Source: Candidatus Babeliales bacterium (GTDB taxonomy: Bacteria > Babelota > Babeliae > Babelales > JANWKD01). Taken from it: a DNA stretch of 64,000 nt. The translations under genes were made by a program, and so were the position numbers. Shown here piece by piece: positions 9,869 through 21,600 of the stretch; the stretch's first letter is position 1, and each line of letters begins with the position of its first letter. Location of the stretch: positions 192,001 to 256,000 of the forward strand of contig CAVXJH010000003.1 in NCBI GenBank assembly GCA_963762115.1, in the 5' to 3' direction. The notes beneath the pieces were generated by a model. The model did no database searches, was not told where the DNA came from, and saw only the letters and a list, made by a program, of their open reading frames with translations.

Positions 9869-10486
9869 TTATGCAGCTGCAATAACCGCTTCTGTTTCTT
9901 CTTTTGTTTCTTCTGGCGCATTATAACCAAAGAGATTGTTGATATAGTTATCAAATGAATCTCTGTAATATTCATAATAAGGCTTGGTGTGATCTTTGAA
10001 TGGTTCTGTTAATAACCATGTTACCGCCGATAATTTCATTATTTCGCCGAAAGCATCATTTTTCCAATTCTCTTTGAAGTGCGTCGCGCAATGTCGGTAA
10101 TAGAGATAAATTAAAGGTGTGCGTACTATTATAGAAAATACAAAGGCAGGTGTTAAATTAGGTAATTTTTTTGCTTCTTTTTTATCTGTTTTACTTTCTT
10201 TTGCTGCTTCTGTAATAAGCGTTTGAAATGCAGCAACTAATTGAGCATGATCTTTTTGAGATAATTTAAATTCTGTTTTAGCTTCTTTTTCAGTGTATTC
10301 ATCAGAGATGTTTGTATCCAATTGTTCATCAGGCTTTTCAACTAGTTCAGCACAGATGTTTATATCAGATTCAGCAAATGAAGTTGTAATCGAATCTTGT
10401 GAAAAAAGAGGCGATACGGTAATACTACTAACTAATAGAAACAACGATGCTTGTGCATAAAGGGATATTTTTCTTGTGTGCGACAT
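9869..10486 (-). CDS. Secreted/membrane hypothetical protein with C-terminal VIAAA tail
   Basis: Signal peptide, acidic region, hydrophobic segment; ends EETEAVIAAA. Confidence 0.8.
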   Translation of the reverse strand: MSHTRKISLYAQASLFLLVSSITVSPLFSQDSITTSFAESDINICAELVEKPDEQLDTNISDEYTEKEAKTEFKLSQKDHAQLVAAFQTLITEAAKESKTDKKEAKKLPNLTPAFVFSIIVRTPLIYLYYRHCATHFKENWKNDAFGEIMKLSAVTWLLTEPFKDHTKPYYEYYRDSFDNYINNLFGYNAPEETKEETEAVIAAA

Positions 10487-10540
10487 GAATTTTTACCTTT
10501 TTATAATAAGGGTTATACTAAACGGGTGAATTATGCTTAT

Positions 10541-10569
10541 AGTATGTGTTTCTTCAAGGTTTTTGTCAA
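10541..10569 (-). promoter_or_regulatory. Sigma70-type promoter
   Basis: TTGACA-17 nt-CATACT upstream of the 10486 start. Confidence 0.55.
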
Positions 10570-10638
10570 ACGGTTTTAGGAAAAAAAAGCCGTAAATTAT
10601 TCCAATTGTAACATTTTTTTATTAAAGGAATCTTAATT

Positions 10639-12102
10639 ATGCAAATGAAAAATTATGTCGGCTACTTGGCGGGTGCAGCAGTAATCTTGGCGGGGTTATT
10701 GGCTTATTTTGTAGTAAAACAGCATTACGTTGATTTTTCTTCACTGTATGTGCCTGCGCAACAAAAGATTGCTATGAAAGCTGCGCTAGAATATGAGAAT
10801 ATTGTACCCTTATTGATTGTTGGTTCAGGGTGTGCAGGGTATAGCGCCGCCATATATGGTTCGCGAGGAAAGATCAAAACGGTGTTATTTACCGGCAATA
10901 AGCCCGGAGGTCAATTAAGTGGTACATCAAAAGTTGAAAATTGGCCTGGGTTGTTTCAGGAGCTTGGCCCTGATATTATGCAAAAATTAAGGAAACAGGC
11001 TGAAAGTTTTGGCGCGCAGGTGGTTAATGACACTATTTTTGGGATTGATTTTAAACAATGGCCTTATGAAGTCACCACGGAAGATGGTAAAAAGATACAT
11101 GCCTTATCAATAGTGTTAGCAACAGGCGCTTCACCAGCAATGCTTACTATTCCCGGTGAACAAGAATATTGGGGCAAAGGGGTGACCACGTGTGCCATTT
11201 GTGATGCACCATTCCATAAAGATAAAGAGGTGATTGTTGTTGGTGGTGGTGATTCAGCAGCTGAAGAGGCATTACAGCTTTCTGCATATGCAAAAAAAGT
11301 GACCATTGCTGTGCGCAAGGGCGAGATGCGTGCTTCACCATCGATGCAAGATCGTTTGCGTGATGTTCCCTCAATTAGTGTTGTTTATAATACCGAAGTA
11401 AAAAGTATCGTTGGTAACGAGAACGAAGTTACTGGTGTGCAGTTATTTAATAATGCGACCCAGGAAACAGAATATAAAGTGGTGAGTGGTGTGTTCTTGG
11501 CTATTGGGCATACACCAAATACTGGGTTGGTAAAAAATCAAATTGATACTGATAAAGAAGGATATATTCTTGTGCAGGGTAGAACGCAACAAACAAATGT
11601 TCCCGGTGTTTTTGCCGCAGGAGATGTTGAAGATAAGCTTTATCGTCAAGCGGGAGTAGCTTCGGGCAGTGGTATTCGTGCTGCACTTGATGCGCTCAAT
11701 TTCTTGCAAAATAATGGGTTTACTCCTGAACTGGCTAAAAAGATGAAATCTCGTTATTTCAAGCCTGAAGCGGTTCGTGCATCTTCGGTGATTAAGCTTA
11801 CTTCTATGCAAGAATTTGAAGAAATACGTAAAAGCAAACGAATATTTGTTCTTGATTTCTATACTAATTTCTGCCCAAGTTGTATGCAGATGATGCCTGC
11901 GCTTGAATCAGTTGCCTATAAATATATTGATCAAGTTGCTTTCTGCAAAGTTGATGCAAGTCAATTGCTCGATTTAGCTCAAATGTTCCATGTTTCTTCA
12001 GTGCCAGCTATTTTGGTCTTTAAGGATGGTTCATTAGTTGGTCGTTATAATCAGGCGATGACTAAAAAGCAGTTGTATGAATTTGTAGAACGATTTTTGT
12101 AA
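10639..12102 (+). CDS. trxB: Thioredoxin reductase-thioredoxin fusion with N-terminal membrane anchor
   Basis: GSGCAG, CAICD, GGGDSA, FAAGD motifs plus C-terminal Trx domain DFYTNFCPSC. Confidence 0.92.
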   Translation: MQMKNYVGYLAGAAVILAGLLAYFVVKQHYVDFSSLYVPAQQKIAMKAALEYENIVPLLIVGSGCAGYSAAIYGSRGKIKTVLFTGNKPGGQLSGTSKVENWPGLFQELGPDIMQKLRKQAESFGAQVVNDTIFGIDFKQWPYEVTTEDGKKIHALSIVLATGASPAMLTIPGEQEYWGKGVTTCAICDAPFHKDKEVIVVGGGDSAAEEALQLSAYAKKVTIAVRKGEMRASPSMQDRLRDVPSISVVYNTEVKSIVGNENEVTGVQLFNNATQETEYKVVSGVFLAIGHTPNTGLVKNQIDTDKEGYILVQGRTQQTNVPGVFAAGDVEDKLYRQAGVASGSGIRAALDALNFLQNNGFTPELAKKMKSRYFKPEAVRASSVIKLTSMQEFEEIRKSKRIFVLDFYTNFCPSCMQMMPALESVAYKYIDQVAFCKVDASQLLDLAQMFHVSSVPAILVFKDGSLVGRYNQAMTKKQLYEFVERFL

Positions 12103-12122
12103 ATTAAATTTAATACTAGATT

Positions 12123-12192
12123 AAGCCTCGAAAAATAAATATTTGAATATTTTTCAATAATTTCAAATCATTGATTTTTCGGGGCTTTTTTT
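12123..12192 (+). terminator. Long hairpin terminator
   Basis: AAGCCTCGAAAAAT ... ATTTTTCGGGGCTT followed by a T-run. Confidence 0.55.
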
Positions 12193-12282
12193 GTTACCCT
12201 GATACTAAGAACGAGCTTATTTGAGGCAAATCTTGCCTATAAAATATGGTTCAGAATGAAATAGGTAAAAAAAGGAAAGAAT

Positions 12283-12405
12283 ATGAAAAAAATGATTTCT
12301 TTAATGGCCTTGATAATCGTTGGTTTTATGGTTGCGGGAACTTCAGTCAAACATACTATTGAAACAACCAAAACTACCTATAAAACTATTGGTTATCAAA
12401 AATAG
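12283..12405 (+). CDS. Small secreted/membrane peptide (40 aa), not in the ORF track
   Basis: AAGGA RBS; MKKMISLMALIIVGFMVAGTSVKHTIETTKTTYKTIGYQK*. Confidence 0.55.
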   Translation: MKKMISLMALIIVGFMVAGTSVKHTIETTKTTYKTIGYQK

Positions 12406-12500
12406 TCAGTAAAAAAACAGATTTTTTATAGTTTCATTTTAAAAAAAAATTATTTGTAACCCAGTGCAATACAAAAAATGTGCAAAAAGGAGTATCGATT

Positions 12501-13943
12501 GTGAAGATTAATGCACGTTATAGGTATGCCATTATTGGTAGTATTATTTGTAGTATTGCTTTTGGGTTATATTATCTTACTTCTAAGCCTTCAAAACAAT
12601 CATCATTTTCTGTTTCATCACTTCTCAAGGAAAAAAATCTTGTTCCTGTTGTTGTCATTGGTTCCGGGCCAGCCGGTTTGAGTGCTGCGTTATTTACTGC
12701 GCGTGCTAATTTCAAAACAATCGTGATTGCTGGACAACAAGAAGGTGGACAATTAATGGAAGCGGCTTATGTAGAAAATTGGCCTTCAAAGAAAAAAATG
12801 AGTGGTAGTGATATGATGCGTGATTTAAAAGAACAAGCAGAGCAATTTGGCGCAAAAGTTATTACTGCCTATGTTGATTATGTAGATTTTTCAACATTTC
12901 CCTTTACTCTTCATCTTAATACAGGCGAAATTCTTAAAGCATTATCAGTTATTGTTGCAACAGGTGGTTCGCAACGTACGTTGCCAATTCCCGGTGTAAA
13001 AGAATATTGGGGTAAAGGTATTGGTGTGTGTACTATTTGTGATGCGCCTTTTGATAAAGGTAAAGAGGTGGTTGTCATTGGCGGTGGCGATGCTGCTTGT
13101 GATAAAGCGTTACAGCTTGCTGCTTTTGCCAAACAAGTCACCATGTTGGTGCGTGATAAAGAAATGCGTGCGGCTGATATTGTGCAAGGATATGTAAAAA
13201 ATACAAAAAATATTGCGGTGCGCTGCGATGTTGCGGTTGAAAAAATTATTGGTGCAAATGGTAGAGTTTCTGCTCTTGAATTGCGTGATGCGCAATCAGG
13301 AAAAAATGAGACAATGCCGATTCAATCAGTTTATTTTGCTCTCGGTTTTGATCCTAATTCTCAATTATTTAAAGGATTGTTGCAACTTAACAAAAATGGT
13401 TACGTCGTGTTGCATGAAAATATCCAAAAAACATCAGTTGATGGCGTATTCGCTGCTGGCAACATAGAAGATCCCTTGTATCAAAAAGCGAGCGTCGCTG
13501 CAGGTGCCGGTGCGAGGGCAGGTCTAGATGCAATCCAATTTTTACAAGAAAAAGGTTTCACGCCAACGGTGGCAGAAGCGCTCAAGAATGTTTTGTATGT
13601 TGAACATAAGAATTGTAAAAATGGCATTCTTACCCCTTCAACGCAAGAAGAATTACAAAAAATCTTTGCCGAGCATGATACTCTTATTATTGATTTTTAT
13701 GCTCGCACGTGTCCTGTTTGTAAAATGCTTGCTCCTTATTTTCAACAAGCATGTGCGCAGATGGGTGAAAGTGTTACCTTTGCTTCATTTGATATTCAAA
13801 ATTCATCTGAGATTGTCAAACAATTTAACATTGAATCGACACCAACGCTGATTTTCTTAAAATCAGGAAAAGAGGTTGCACGTTCAATTGCTTTGCGTTC
13901 GCTTAAAGATATCGTTGATTTTGTTCAGAAAAACAAAAAATAA
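12501..13943 (+). CDS. trxB: Second thioredoxin reductase-thioredoxin fusion with N-terminal membrane anchor
   Basis: GTG start after AAGGAG; GSGPAG, CTICD, GGGDAA motifs; C-terminal Trx DFYARTCPVC. Confidence 0.9.
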   Translation: MKINARYRYAIIGSIICSIAFGLYYLTSKPSKQSSFSVSSLLKEKNLVPVVVIGSGPAGLSAALFTARANFKTIVIAGQQEGGQLMEAAYVENWPSKKKMSGSDMMRDLKEQAEQFGAKVITAYVDYVDFSTFPFTLHLNTGEILKALSVIVATGGSQRTLPIPGVKEYWGKGIGVCTICDAPFDKGKEVVVIGGGDAACDKALQLAAFAKQVTMLVRDKEMRAADIVQGYVKNTKNIAVRCDVAVEKIIGANGRVSALELRDAQSGKNETMPIQSVYFALGFDPNSQLFKGLLQLNKNGYVVLHENIQKTSVDGVFAAGNIEDPLYQKASVAAGAGARAGLDAIQFLQEKGFTPTVAEALKNVLYVEHKNCKNGILTPSTQEELQKIFAEHDTLIIDFYARTCPVCKMLAPYFQQACAQMGESVTFASFDIQNSSEIVKQFNIESTPTLIFLKSGKEVARSIALRSLKDIVDFVQKNKK

Positions 13944-13957
13944 AACTCAAATTTATT

Positions 13958-13995
13958 GACTGGATCACTACGGAACTTCGTTCCTCATGATGACA
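13958..13995. repeat. Solo arm of the REP/RPE-like family (inverted relative to the copy A left arm)
   Basis: GACTGGATCACTACG...CCTCATGATGACA is the reverse complement of 4819-4856; similarity extends into the flank. Confidence 0.7.
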
Positions 13996-14112
13996 TTCTG
14001 TTAAAATTGTTAATTTTGCTTGTAGAAATCTATATTGCTTCGTCGAGTTCGCGTTAATTAACATTAGTTCGATAAAAAATTATTGATTGATTAATGAGTA
14101 AAATATCTCCCA

Positions 14113-14372
14113 TGTCTTCCCGAGGAGCATTGCGACGTGGGGATCCAGCCTATAAAATTCTTTTTCTTTTTTCCTATTTCCTAATTAGGTTGCTTTTATT
14201 GATTCAATAAATTTTAATTTTAGGAATTTTATTTATAGAACATTATAAGCTGGGTTCCCACGGTCCGCCTTCGTTAAAACTATGGCGAACAGGCACAATT
14301 GGTGGATTCGCCGAAGCTTGCCAAGCCGGAAGGCGTGGATAAGCATAGGCTGGACTGTGCCTCGGAATGACA
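14113..14372. repeat. REP/RPE-like palindromic doublet, copy C, with two nested mini-repeats
   Basis: TGTCTTCCCGAGG...GTGCCTCGGAATGACA; inserts at 14264-14293 and about 14300-14356. Confidence 0.85.
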
Positions 14373-14539
14373 TTTCGGGGTTTGATATCTTTTTGTTGAG
14401 GCCAAATTTTCTTAATAACTCTCCCAAGATAAATGTATTTATAAAAAATAAAATGCAAAATATTGCAAATTGAAAAATAAAAATGCTACACTCAGGTACA
14501 GATAAAATGTTACGATAAAATTAGCTGAGAGGATGTGTT

Positions 14540-15556
14540 GTGAGTGTTAGGAATAATCGGTTATTGATGCTCATATGGTTATGTGTAATGAGCCAAATTA
14601 CTAAAACTGAAGATGAAAAATATTTAGTTAAAAGTAAGTTAGAGCCGGTTGTTTTCACGTCTAATTCACCCTTTTATGATGAAAATGGTTTAATTACTAT
14701 TACACGCAAAGGTTTTCTTCTTAAAAAACCAAAGGCGCAAGCAACAGTGCTCGTGTGTCATGGTTTTATGTGTGATAAATTTGATTCTGCTTTCTTGCGT
14801 ATGATATTTCCTACGTGTTGTAATGTTATGACATTTGATTTCAGAGCGCATGGTGAAAATGTGAGCGAACATCAATATTGTACCTTTGGTCGCGATGAAG
14901 CGAATGACGTTATTGCGGCAGTTAACTATTTGAAATCTCGTCCTGATATTGGTCACATGCCTATTATTGCTTATGGTTTTTCAATGGGTGCCGTTGCATC
15001 AATTCAAGCACAGGCAGCATATCCTAATCTTTTTTGTGCCATGATTTTAGATTGTCCTTATGACCACAGTAAAAATGTTATTAAAAAAGGTCTTGAGAAT
15101 TTAAAGTTTTCATTTTTTGGCTATCAATTTTCCTTGCCTGGAAAAGAGCTGCTTGAACAATATGCTTTTCATCCGTATGTGCAATCATTTCTCAAAGCAG
15201 TGTTAAAAACGGTTGCTAATATGGATGCAACGGCAACAAACACGTATATTTATCCGGTAAGTCCTATGGATTCTATTAAAAATGTTATGGTTCCTTGTTT
15301 CTTTATTCATTGTTTGAATGATGAAAAAGTGCCGGTAAGTGCGGCAAGAAATTTATTTAATGGTGCGCGTGGGTATAAACGATTATGGCTTACTTCTGGC
15401 CGCCGCCATTTTGATTCATTTTTCTATAACCCAGAAAAATATGTGTATAGAATAAATCGTTTTATTCAAAAAGTTCTTGAATCGTCACTTGAAGGAAAAG
15501 AACAACAAAAAATTAAGCAGGATGCGATCGTCGATCAAGCAATTGCTGCTGCATAA
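14540..15556 (+). CDS. Alpha/beta hydrolase with N-terminal hydrophobic segment
   Basis: CHGF oxyanion loop, FDFRAHG, GFSMG nucleophile elbow, DEKVP, RHFD; ends DQAIAAA. Confidence 0.9.
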   Translation: MSVRNNRLLMLIWLCVMSQITKTEDEKYLVKSKLEPVVFTSNSPFYDENGLITITRKGFLLKKPKAQATVLVCHGFMCDKFDSAFLRMIFPTCCNVMTFDFRAHGENVSEHQYCTFGRDEANDVIAAVNYLKSRPDIGHMPIIAYGFSMGAVASIQAQAAYPNLFCAMILDCPYDHSKNVIKKGLENLKFSFFGYQFSLPGKELLEQYAFHPYVQSFLKAVLKTVANMDATATNTYIYPVSPMDSIKNVMVPCFFIHCLNDEKVPVSAARNLFNGARGYKRLWLTSGRRHFDSFFYNPEKYVYRINRFIQKVLESSLEGKEQQKIKQDAIVDQAIAAA

Positions 15557-15674
15557 ATTTGATGAGAGTAAAGCAATGTATTGAAATTCAATTAGAATTT
15601 ATTATACACTTGATGCTAGTGATTTGTTAAAAAAATTAAAAGTGGTAGTTAGAAAGCTTTGGGGAGTTGGCATA

Positions 15675-18600
15675 ATGAAATTTTTAAACTGTTCTTGGTT
15701 AAAAATAATGTTTGTCGGTGCGCTACTTGCAGTGCCTTTTTTTGGTGTTGAAGATAATTTTGCTATGGAAGGTGAAATTATTGGTCGATTGGTTTCAGAA
15801 GGTTTAGAAGAAGGTGTTGCGCAGGGAATTGGTCGTGCTGCACAAGAAGGATTTGCCTTTGGCGCAGAAGAATTTGCGCAAAAAGGCTTAAGTGAAGGTG
15901 TTGAGGGCGCTTTGAATTCCAGTATCAAAGAAGGTCTTCAAGCTTTAGAGGGAGATATTGCGAAATTTAAAGCGGGTACAATTTCGATTGAAGAATTAAA
16001 ACAATCAGCAGCTACTGTTTTTGGTGAACAGAAAGGGAATTTTCTTAAAAATGCATCTAATGCTTTAGAAAAACAAGGAAGTTTTACTCAATTTGATAAG
16101 GCGCTTTTGGAAGGTAAACTTCCTGAGGGTTCATTTGCCAAATTTGGCGAACTGAAGCCACGTGCACTTGCCGAACAAGGAAATGTGTTAAAAGTAGAAA
16201 TAGTAAAAGGTACTCCTGATGCGCAAATTAGTGAATCTTTGGTGAAAGAAGATGCTGTTGACGTTGCGCAAAATGAGGTAACGGCGGCTAAAAATGCTGG
16301 TGGGTCATCCGAAGAAATTGCAGCAAAAGAAGGTGACTTAAAAACAGCAAAAAATGATTTGGCTGCAGATCAAAAAGTGCGAGCAAATGAAAGAGAAACA
16401 AAAGTAACTAAGGCAAAATCAGACCTAGATGCAGCGCAGAAAGAATTTGATGAAGCAACCTCGATAAAAGGAAAAAAAGAAGCTGGTGATAAATTAACTA
16501 AAGCTAATGAAAAACTTAATAAAACTAAAATTGAATATGAAGAATCATTAAAAGAAAAAGTAGCTGATGAAAAGTTAACGTATAAGCAAGAGCATGATAT
16601 TGCAAAAGAAGAGTATAAAAATGCTAAAACGGCAAAGGATACAGCAGACACTGAACTTAAACAAGCTAAACAAGAGTTAAAAGATGCCAATAACATACAA
16701 CCAAAAGATCAAGCAAAAATTGATGAAGCCCAAGCAAAAGTGAAAGAAAAGACGGCTGATTATGAACAATCGGGCAGAAATGTTGAAGAGGCACAAAAGA
16801 ATCTTATTGAAAAAGAAAATCAAGTATTAGAAAAATCTGATATTTTTAAAAATAAATGGGAAAAAACAAAGATCTTTGGCACAAAAGGTAAACGTGGTGC
16901 TTGGGAAATGGTGAAGGGAATTCCAGCATCGTTATACAATAAAGCACTCTTTATGGTTGATCAAATGTGGATAAGTATTCTTTTTGGTGCGCCAAATATG
17001 CTTATTGAGGGTTATAACTCTGCTATGGCCAAGAAAAAATTATTAGAAACAAAAGAAAGTTTTCAAAGATGGGGATATACGTGGCTTAAAATTCCAGGTT
17101 TTTGGATTAACAAAGAAGATCCGGCTAACTCACTGAATATCTATGTTGGTGTGCCAAATGATGGGTTCCCTATTACTGATACTTTCTTGCAGACTGCAAA
17201 TTACTATGTGGTGAAAAGTGATTATACCCCTTGGGGTAGTTCTTCTATTTTTGATAATATTTCCGATATGGTTCATTTAAACACCGGTTTTGTTTTTGTG
17301 AGCGATGGTCAGGCTGCAGATCTAAATGCTCCTACAATGCCTTTTATAGATGAAAAAAAACCTGAAAATGGTTTAATCTATCAATTGGATGCATTGGCTG
17401 GAAAAGCTTCTGCGGGTGTAAAAACTCAAGGTATTGAATATTATGTTGATGATTATGAGGCTGGTTACCAAGGTAATTTTAAAGTAGCTAATTTATTTAA
17501 AACGGTTGGTGTGCCATCTATAACTAATTTTCCTCCATTGCTTATGCCAACAGTTAAAGCATTACAAGATGGTTTAAGCTTTGGTATTGATAAAACAGGA
17601 AAAGCGCTTTATTTGGTACAAGGTTTTAGAGGATTTAATAAATCAGAACAAAACAATGGTAAAAACATTATGGCGGCATTAAGAGGTGACTCTACTATTG
17701 AGAGTGCGCCTGAAGCGGCTAGAGATGAAAACTATGTTATACAAGGTGTTTATATTTATCAAACAAAAGATACACCAATTGTTGATTTGGTCAAAAAGCA
17801 AATTGCTGCTGATGATGCTGAAAAACAGTTGTTATTGGATGCGATTACTGATTATGTGGTGATGCTTGATAGCAGCAATAATATTGTTCCTTTGATGACG
17901 CCTCAGCCGATGGTGTTGCCTGCTGGTTCAAAAGATTCTGCGTTTGTACATTATGCACTTAATCCGCAAATTGATAAAATGAAAAGTCTTGTTGATGGCA
18001 GCAGTAGTGCTTATGATGCTCATGGTGGCATTGAAAATAATGTAGCACTTCCTGCAGATCTTTCTGCGCCAAAAGCGGTTGCTGATCAAATTCAAGCAAT
18101 GCAAACATTCTTTAACACAAAAATCAAATATGGGCCATTCAAATATAACGGTACCATTTTAACGATTGATAAAACGCTTGCTGATGCAAATATTTTTGCG
18201 TATAAAGCTGCAGGATTCTTGGAAGGTGGCTTTGATGATTATTTTGTCGCCTTAGAAGCAATGAAAGATGAGAAAACCGGCAAAACAGTATTAGTTGCTG
18301 CTTCATTGCCTTCAAATGGCATTGTTTATTTTGTTAGTTTAGTAACATCGCGTTTTTATGATAAAAATTTGCAACCATATGCACCGCCGGTTGCACCGAA
18401 TTTAAGAGATTATTATATAAAAGATAACAATGTTGCAACAGGAAAACCTGATGATGCTACTTTACCACAAGCAAAAGCGGCGTTATATACCTTATTTGTT
18501 CAGGGCGAATATAACCCAAGTCCAAAACCGGCAAATTTTGTGGGTTCTTTACCCGTGAAGCCTTATTGGGCGCTTGATTCATCGATGTTTAATCTGCAAG

Positions 18601-21600
18601 GTATTAGTCCAATCAGTAAGGCATTAACAGATTTAAAACAGACAACATTACTTGCAGCAATTAAAACGGCACATGAAAATTGGATTACTGTGCTTGATGT
18701 TTCTGATCCTGGCGCTTTATCCAAAAAAATGGGGCCTTTTGATTTCACCACAGGGGCTATTGAGAATGTTCGTTTGCGAGCGTTGAATGCATCGGCTCTT
18801 AAACTTGGGTATTATATCTATACTTCAGGTCGTTATCCGGATGAGTTTTTAGTGGTTTCAAAAAATGAAACGGGAACTGATGGCGTTGGTGAAGAATTTG
18901 GTGATCAACAATATTTGATTAGCCTTTCAAATGGTAATGTGTATGATGCACAAGCAAATGGTAATGCTCGTACGCCAATTAAGAATATTGATTCGTTAAT
19001 GAAAACATTAGCATTAAATAATGCTGGTGTTGATAGTCGTATTGCTCATGAGCAAACAACATTGAATACTCTTAAGAGGACCACACAAGCGGATACAAAA
19101 ATCAAAGCGGCTGATAAACAAGCAAAAATTAAAACTATTGATGCGCAAATTGCTTCTATACCAACACAAAAAGCTGCATTGTATGCTATGGTGAATACCA
19201 TTGAGCAATCGCAAGTTGGTTATAATCGTTCAATGATGAATAATCTGTATAGTGATGATCTGACTTTTGGTGGTAGACAATTATATCTGTCAAAAGAATC
19301 ATATCTTGCTGGTCAATATATTTATGCTGATGTAACGGGTCTTGGTGATCCTTTAGATGCAAATGGAAAAGAAATAAAGGCGGTGACTGATCAAATTAAA
19401 GATTATTATGTTACGTATGAAGAAGGTCCAATAAATGTCGATACGGGTAAGCCTGATCCAGAAAATATTATTGCAAATCAACTCAATAAAAATACTACAC
19501 GAATAATAAGTCTTATTTCTGGTGGTGAATTTGATCGTGGTGGTGCCTTTGTTAGATCATATCAAACGATTACAATTGCTGATAAAACTACTTCTGATTT
19601 AATGGATTTTGTTAAAAAGATATTTGATATTATTAAAGCGCGCATGGATAAAGAAGGACGGCCACAAACGATTATATTACTAGGCAAAATACAACCATTG
19701 CTTGATGTGCAATATGCTGCAGTGAAAAAAGAATTGGATGCCATAGCAGAAGCTAAGAAAAATGCACTTGATCAGTACCCATCAGAATCTAATCTTGCAT
19801 CGAATCTTTTTGCAAGAAAAGATCCGTCAGATTTTTCTTCCAAAGATGTTGTACCGTATGTTGAGCAAAGTCCGGCATTATTACCACGGTATTTAAAACA
19901 AGTAACCAAAGGGAGCAAATATTATTTTGTTGCGCCTCCTGCATCAGATCCTGAGAGTGATTCTGGTAAAAAATATGAAGCAAGTCGTGCATTTATCGAT
20001 TACGATATTGATGCAAAAGATCATATCGGTCCAAATGCAAAAGGTATGATGTATGATCGTAGTGGTAAACCGCTGCAATTATTGACTGGTTGGATGTTAA
20101 ATAGTATGCGTGCTTATGCAGGACTTCTTATTGATGCAAGTGGAAAACAAAGTCTCGGCATTGGCGTTGAACATCCTTCATTGCCATTAACGGTGGTAAG
20201 AAACGGAAAAACAGAAAATGTTATGATTGATACGGGTATTAAAATCCCTGCTGATAAAGGAGCAACATTTACCGCTTATTATAATACACAAATTGATAAT
20301 TACTTTGTGCAAATTACCACAAAGCTATCAAATTACTTCATTGATTTAACAGCCGGTTATGGTTACAACCTTGATGGAACGCCGCGTTGGTATGAAGCAC
20401 CACTATTTACTGATGATAAAGGTGAAGTGTTGTTGGTTGGTACTGATAGTTTTGGGCTTAAAAAAGTTGCTTTCAAAAAACAAGGAGCAACAAAATATCT
20501 TATTTATAATCAAATGGTGAGCTTTGGTGATCTTGCTTCCTATCAAACAACTGATGAGTTGGGAAATCCAATTACTAAAAACTATATTGCTACTTCAGGC
20601 AGTGTTAAATTTCCAGAATATGGTAATGCGCAAGGTTCTTATTTCACTATGTTGAGTGACAGTTTTGGTGATCAAGGTGCGGCACCTGTTTCAACAGCAG
20701 GAGGAGAGCCAACATTGCAAGAATTACGTATAGGGTATGCTTATTTAGATCAAACAGGCAATCAATTGACGGCACCATTTTATGTTGTATGGGATCAAGT
20801 GCAAGTGGATAATCCTGGCTATGATACCTCCAAAGACGAAGGTTTTCAAAATCCTAAATATTTGGTGAAAACAAAATTGGTTGGTAAATTTATTCAAAGT
20901 CCAACAATGAAATTCTCATTGTTAAATTATGTGCAAACGCGTAATTCAGCTGGAAGTTTAGCAGGAACTTATAAGCCCGAAGATTTTTATAATTTCCCCC
21001 GTGGTGCGTGCGATCCAACTGATAGTGCTTGTATCAAAACACCAAAAGTTGTTGGGATTCTTTTCACCGTTGAATCAATAACTGGTAAGCAAGTAATCAA
21101 AGAACTTTTCTATGAAAATCAACGATGTGCGCTTACGCTTAAATCAAAAGATGCGTATTCAAGTTCCTATCAAGATGCAACAGGAAAAATTAAACCAATT
21201 ACGGTTAAACTTGAAAGTTCGCAACAAAAAGATTCACCGCTATCTGCTCATTGGCTAAGCATTACTGATGGCGCAAAAATTCTTGATTTTGCCCATGAAT
21301 CAATGGTTTGGGATACTTCACCGATGCGCTCTGATATGCCAGAAACAACAAATCTTGATTATAGAAAACGAAGAACATGGCAATTAAATGTGAGTAATTT
21401 TATAACCAATGCTGCTCTTTCGGCGAATTTTCCTGGTATTCACACCAATGCATTAGCAACAAGTCTTAATGCGGGAGTTCAAGGAGTTAATTTTGAGAGT
21501 CTTGTTGGTTGTAAGGTTTCTGATAGTATCAAAGCAGAAATTAATTTTGGCTTGAAAGCAATATCTGTTGATATGGCAGGTAACCTTTATCTCCCTCATG

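Noticed and set aside
14233..14473. Three short overlapping ORFs (14233-14427, 14243-14458, 14282-14473)
   Set aside because: They lie in palindromic repeat copy C and have no RBS or protein features; likely by-products of the GC-rich repeat
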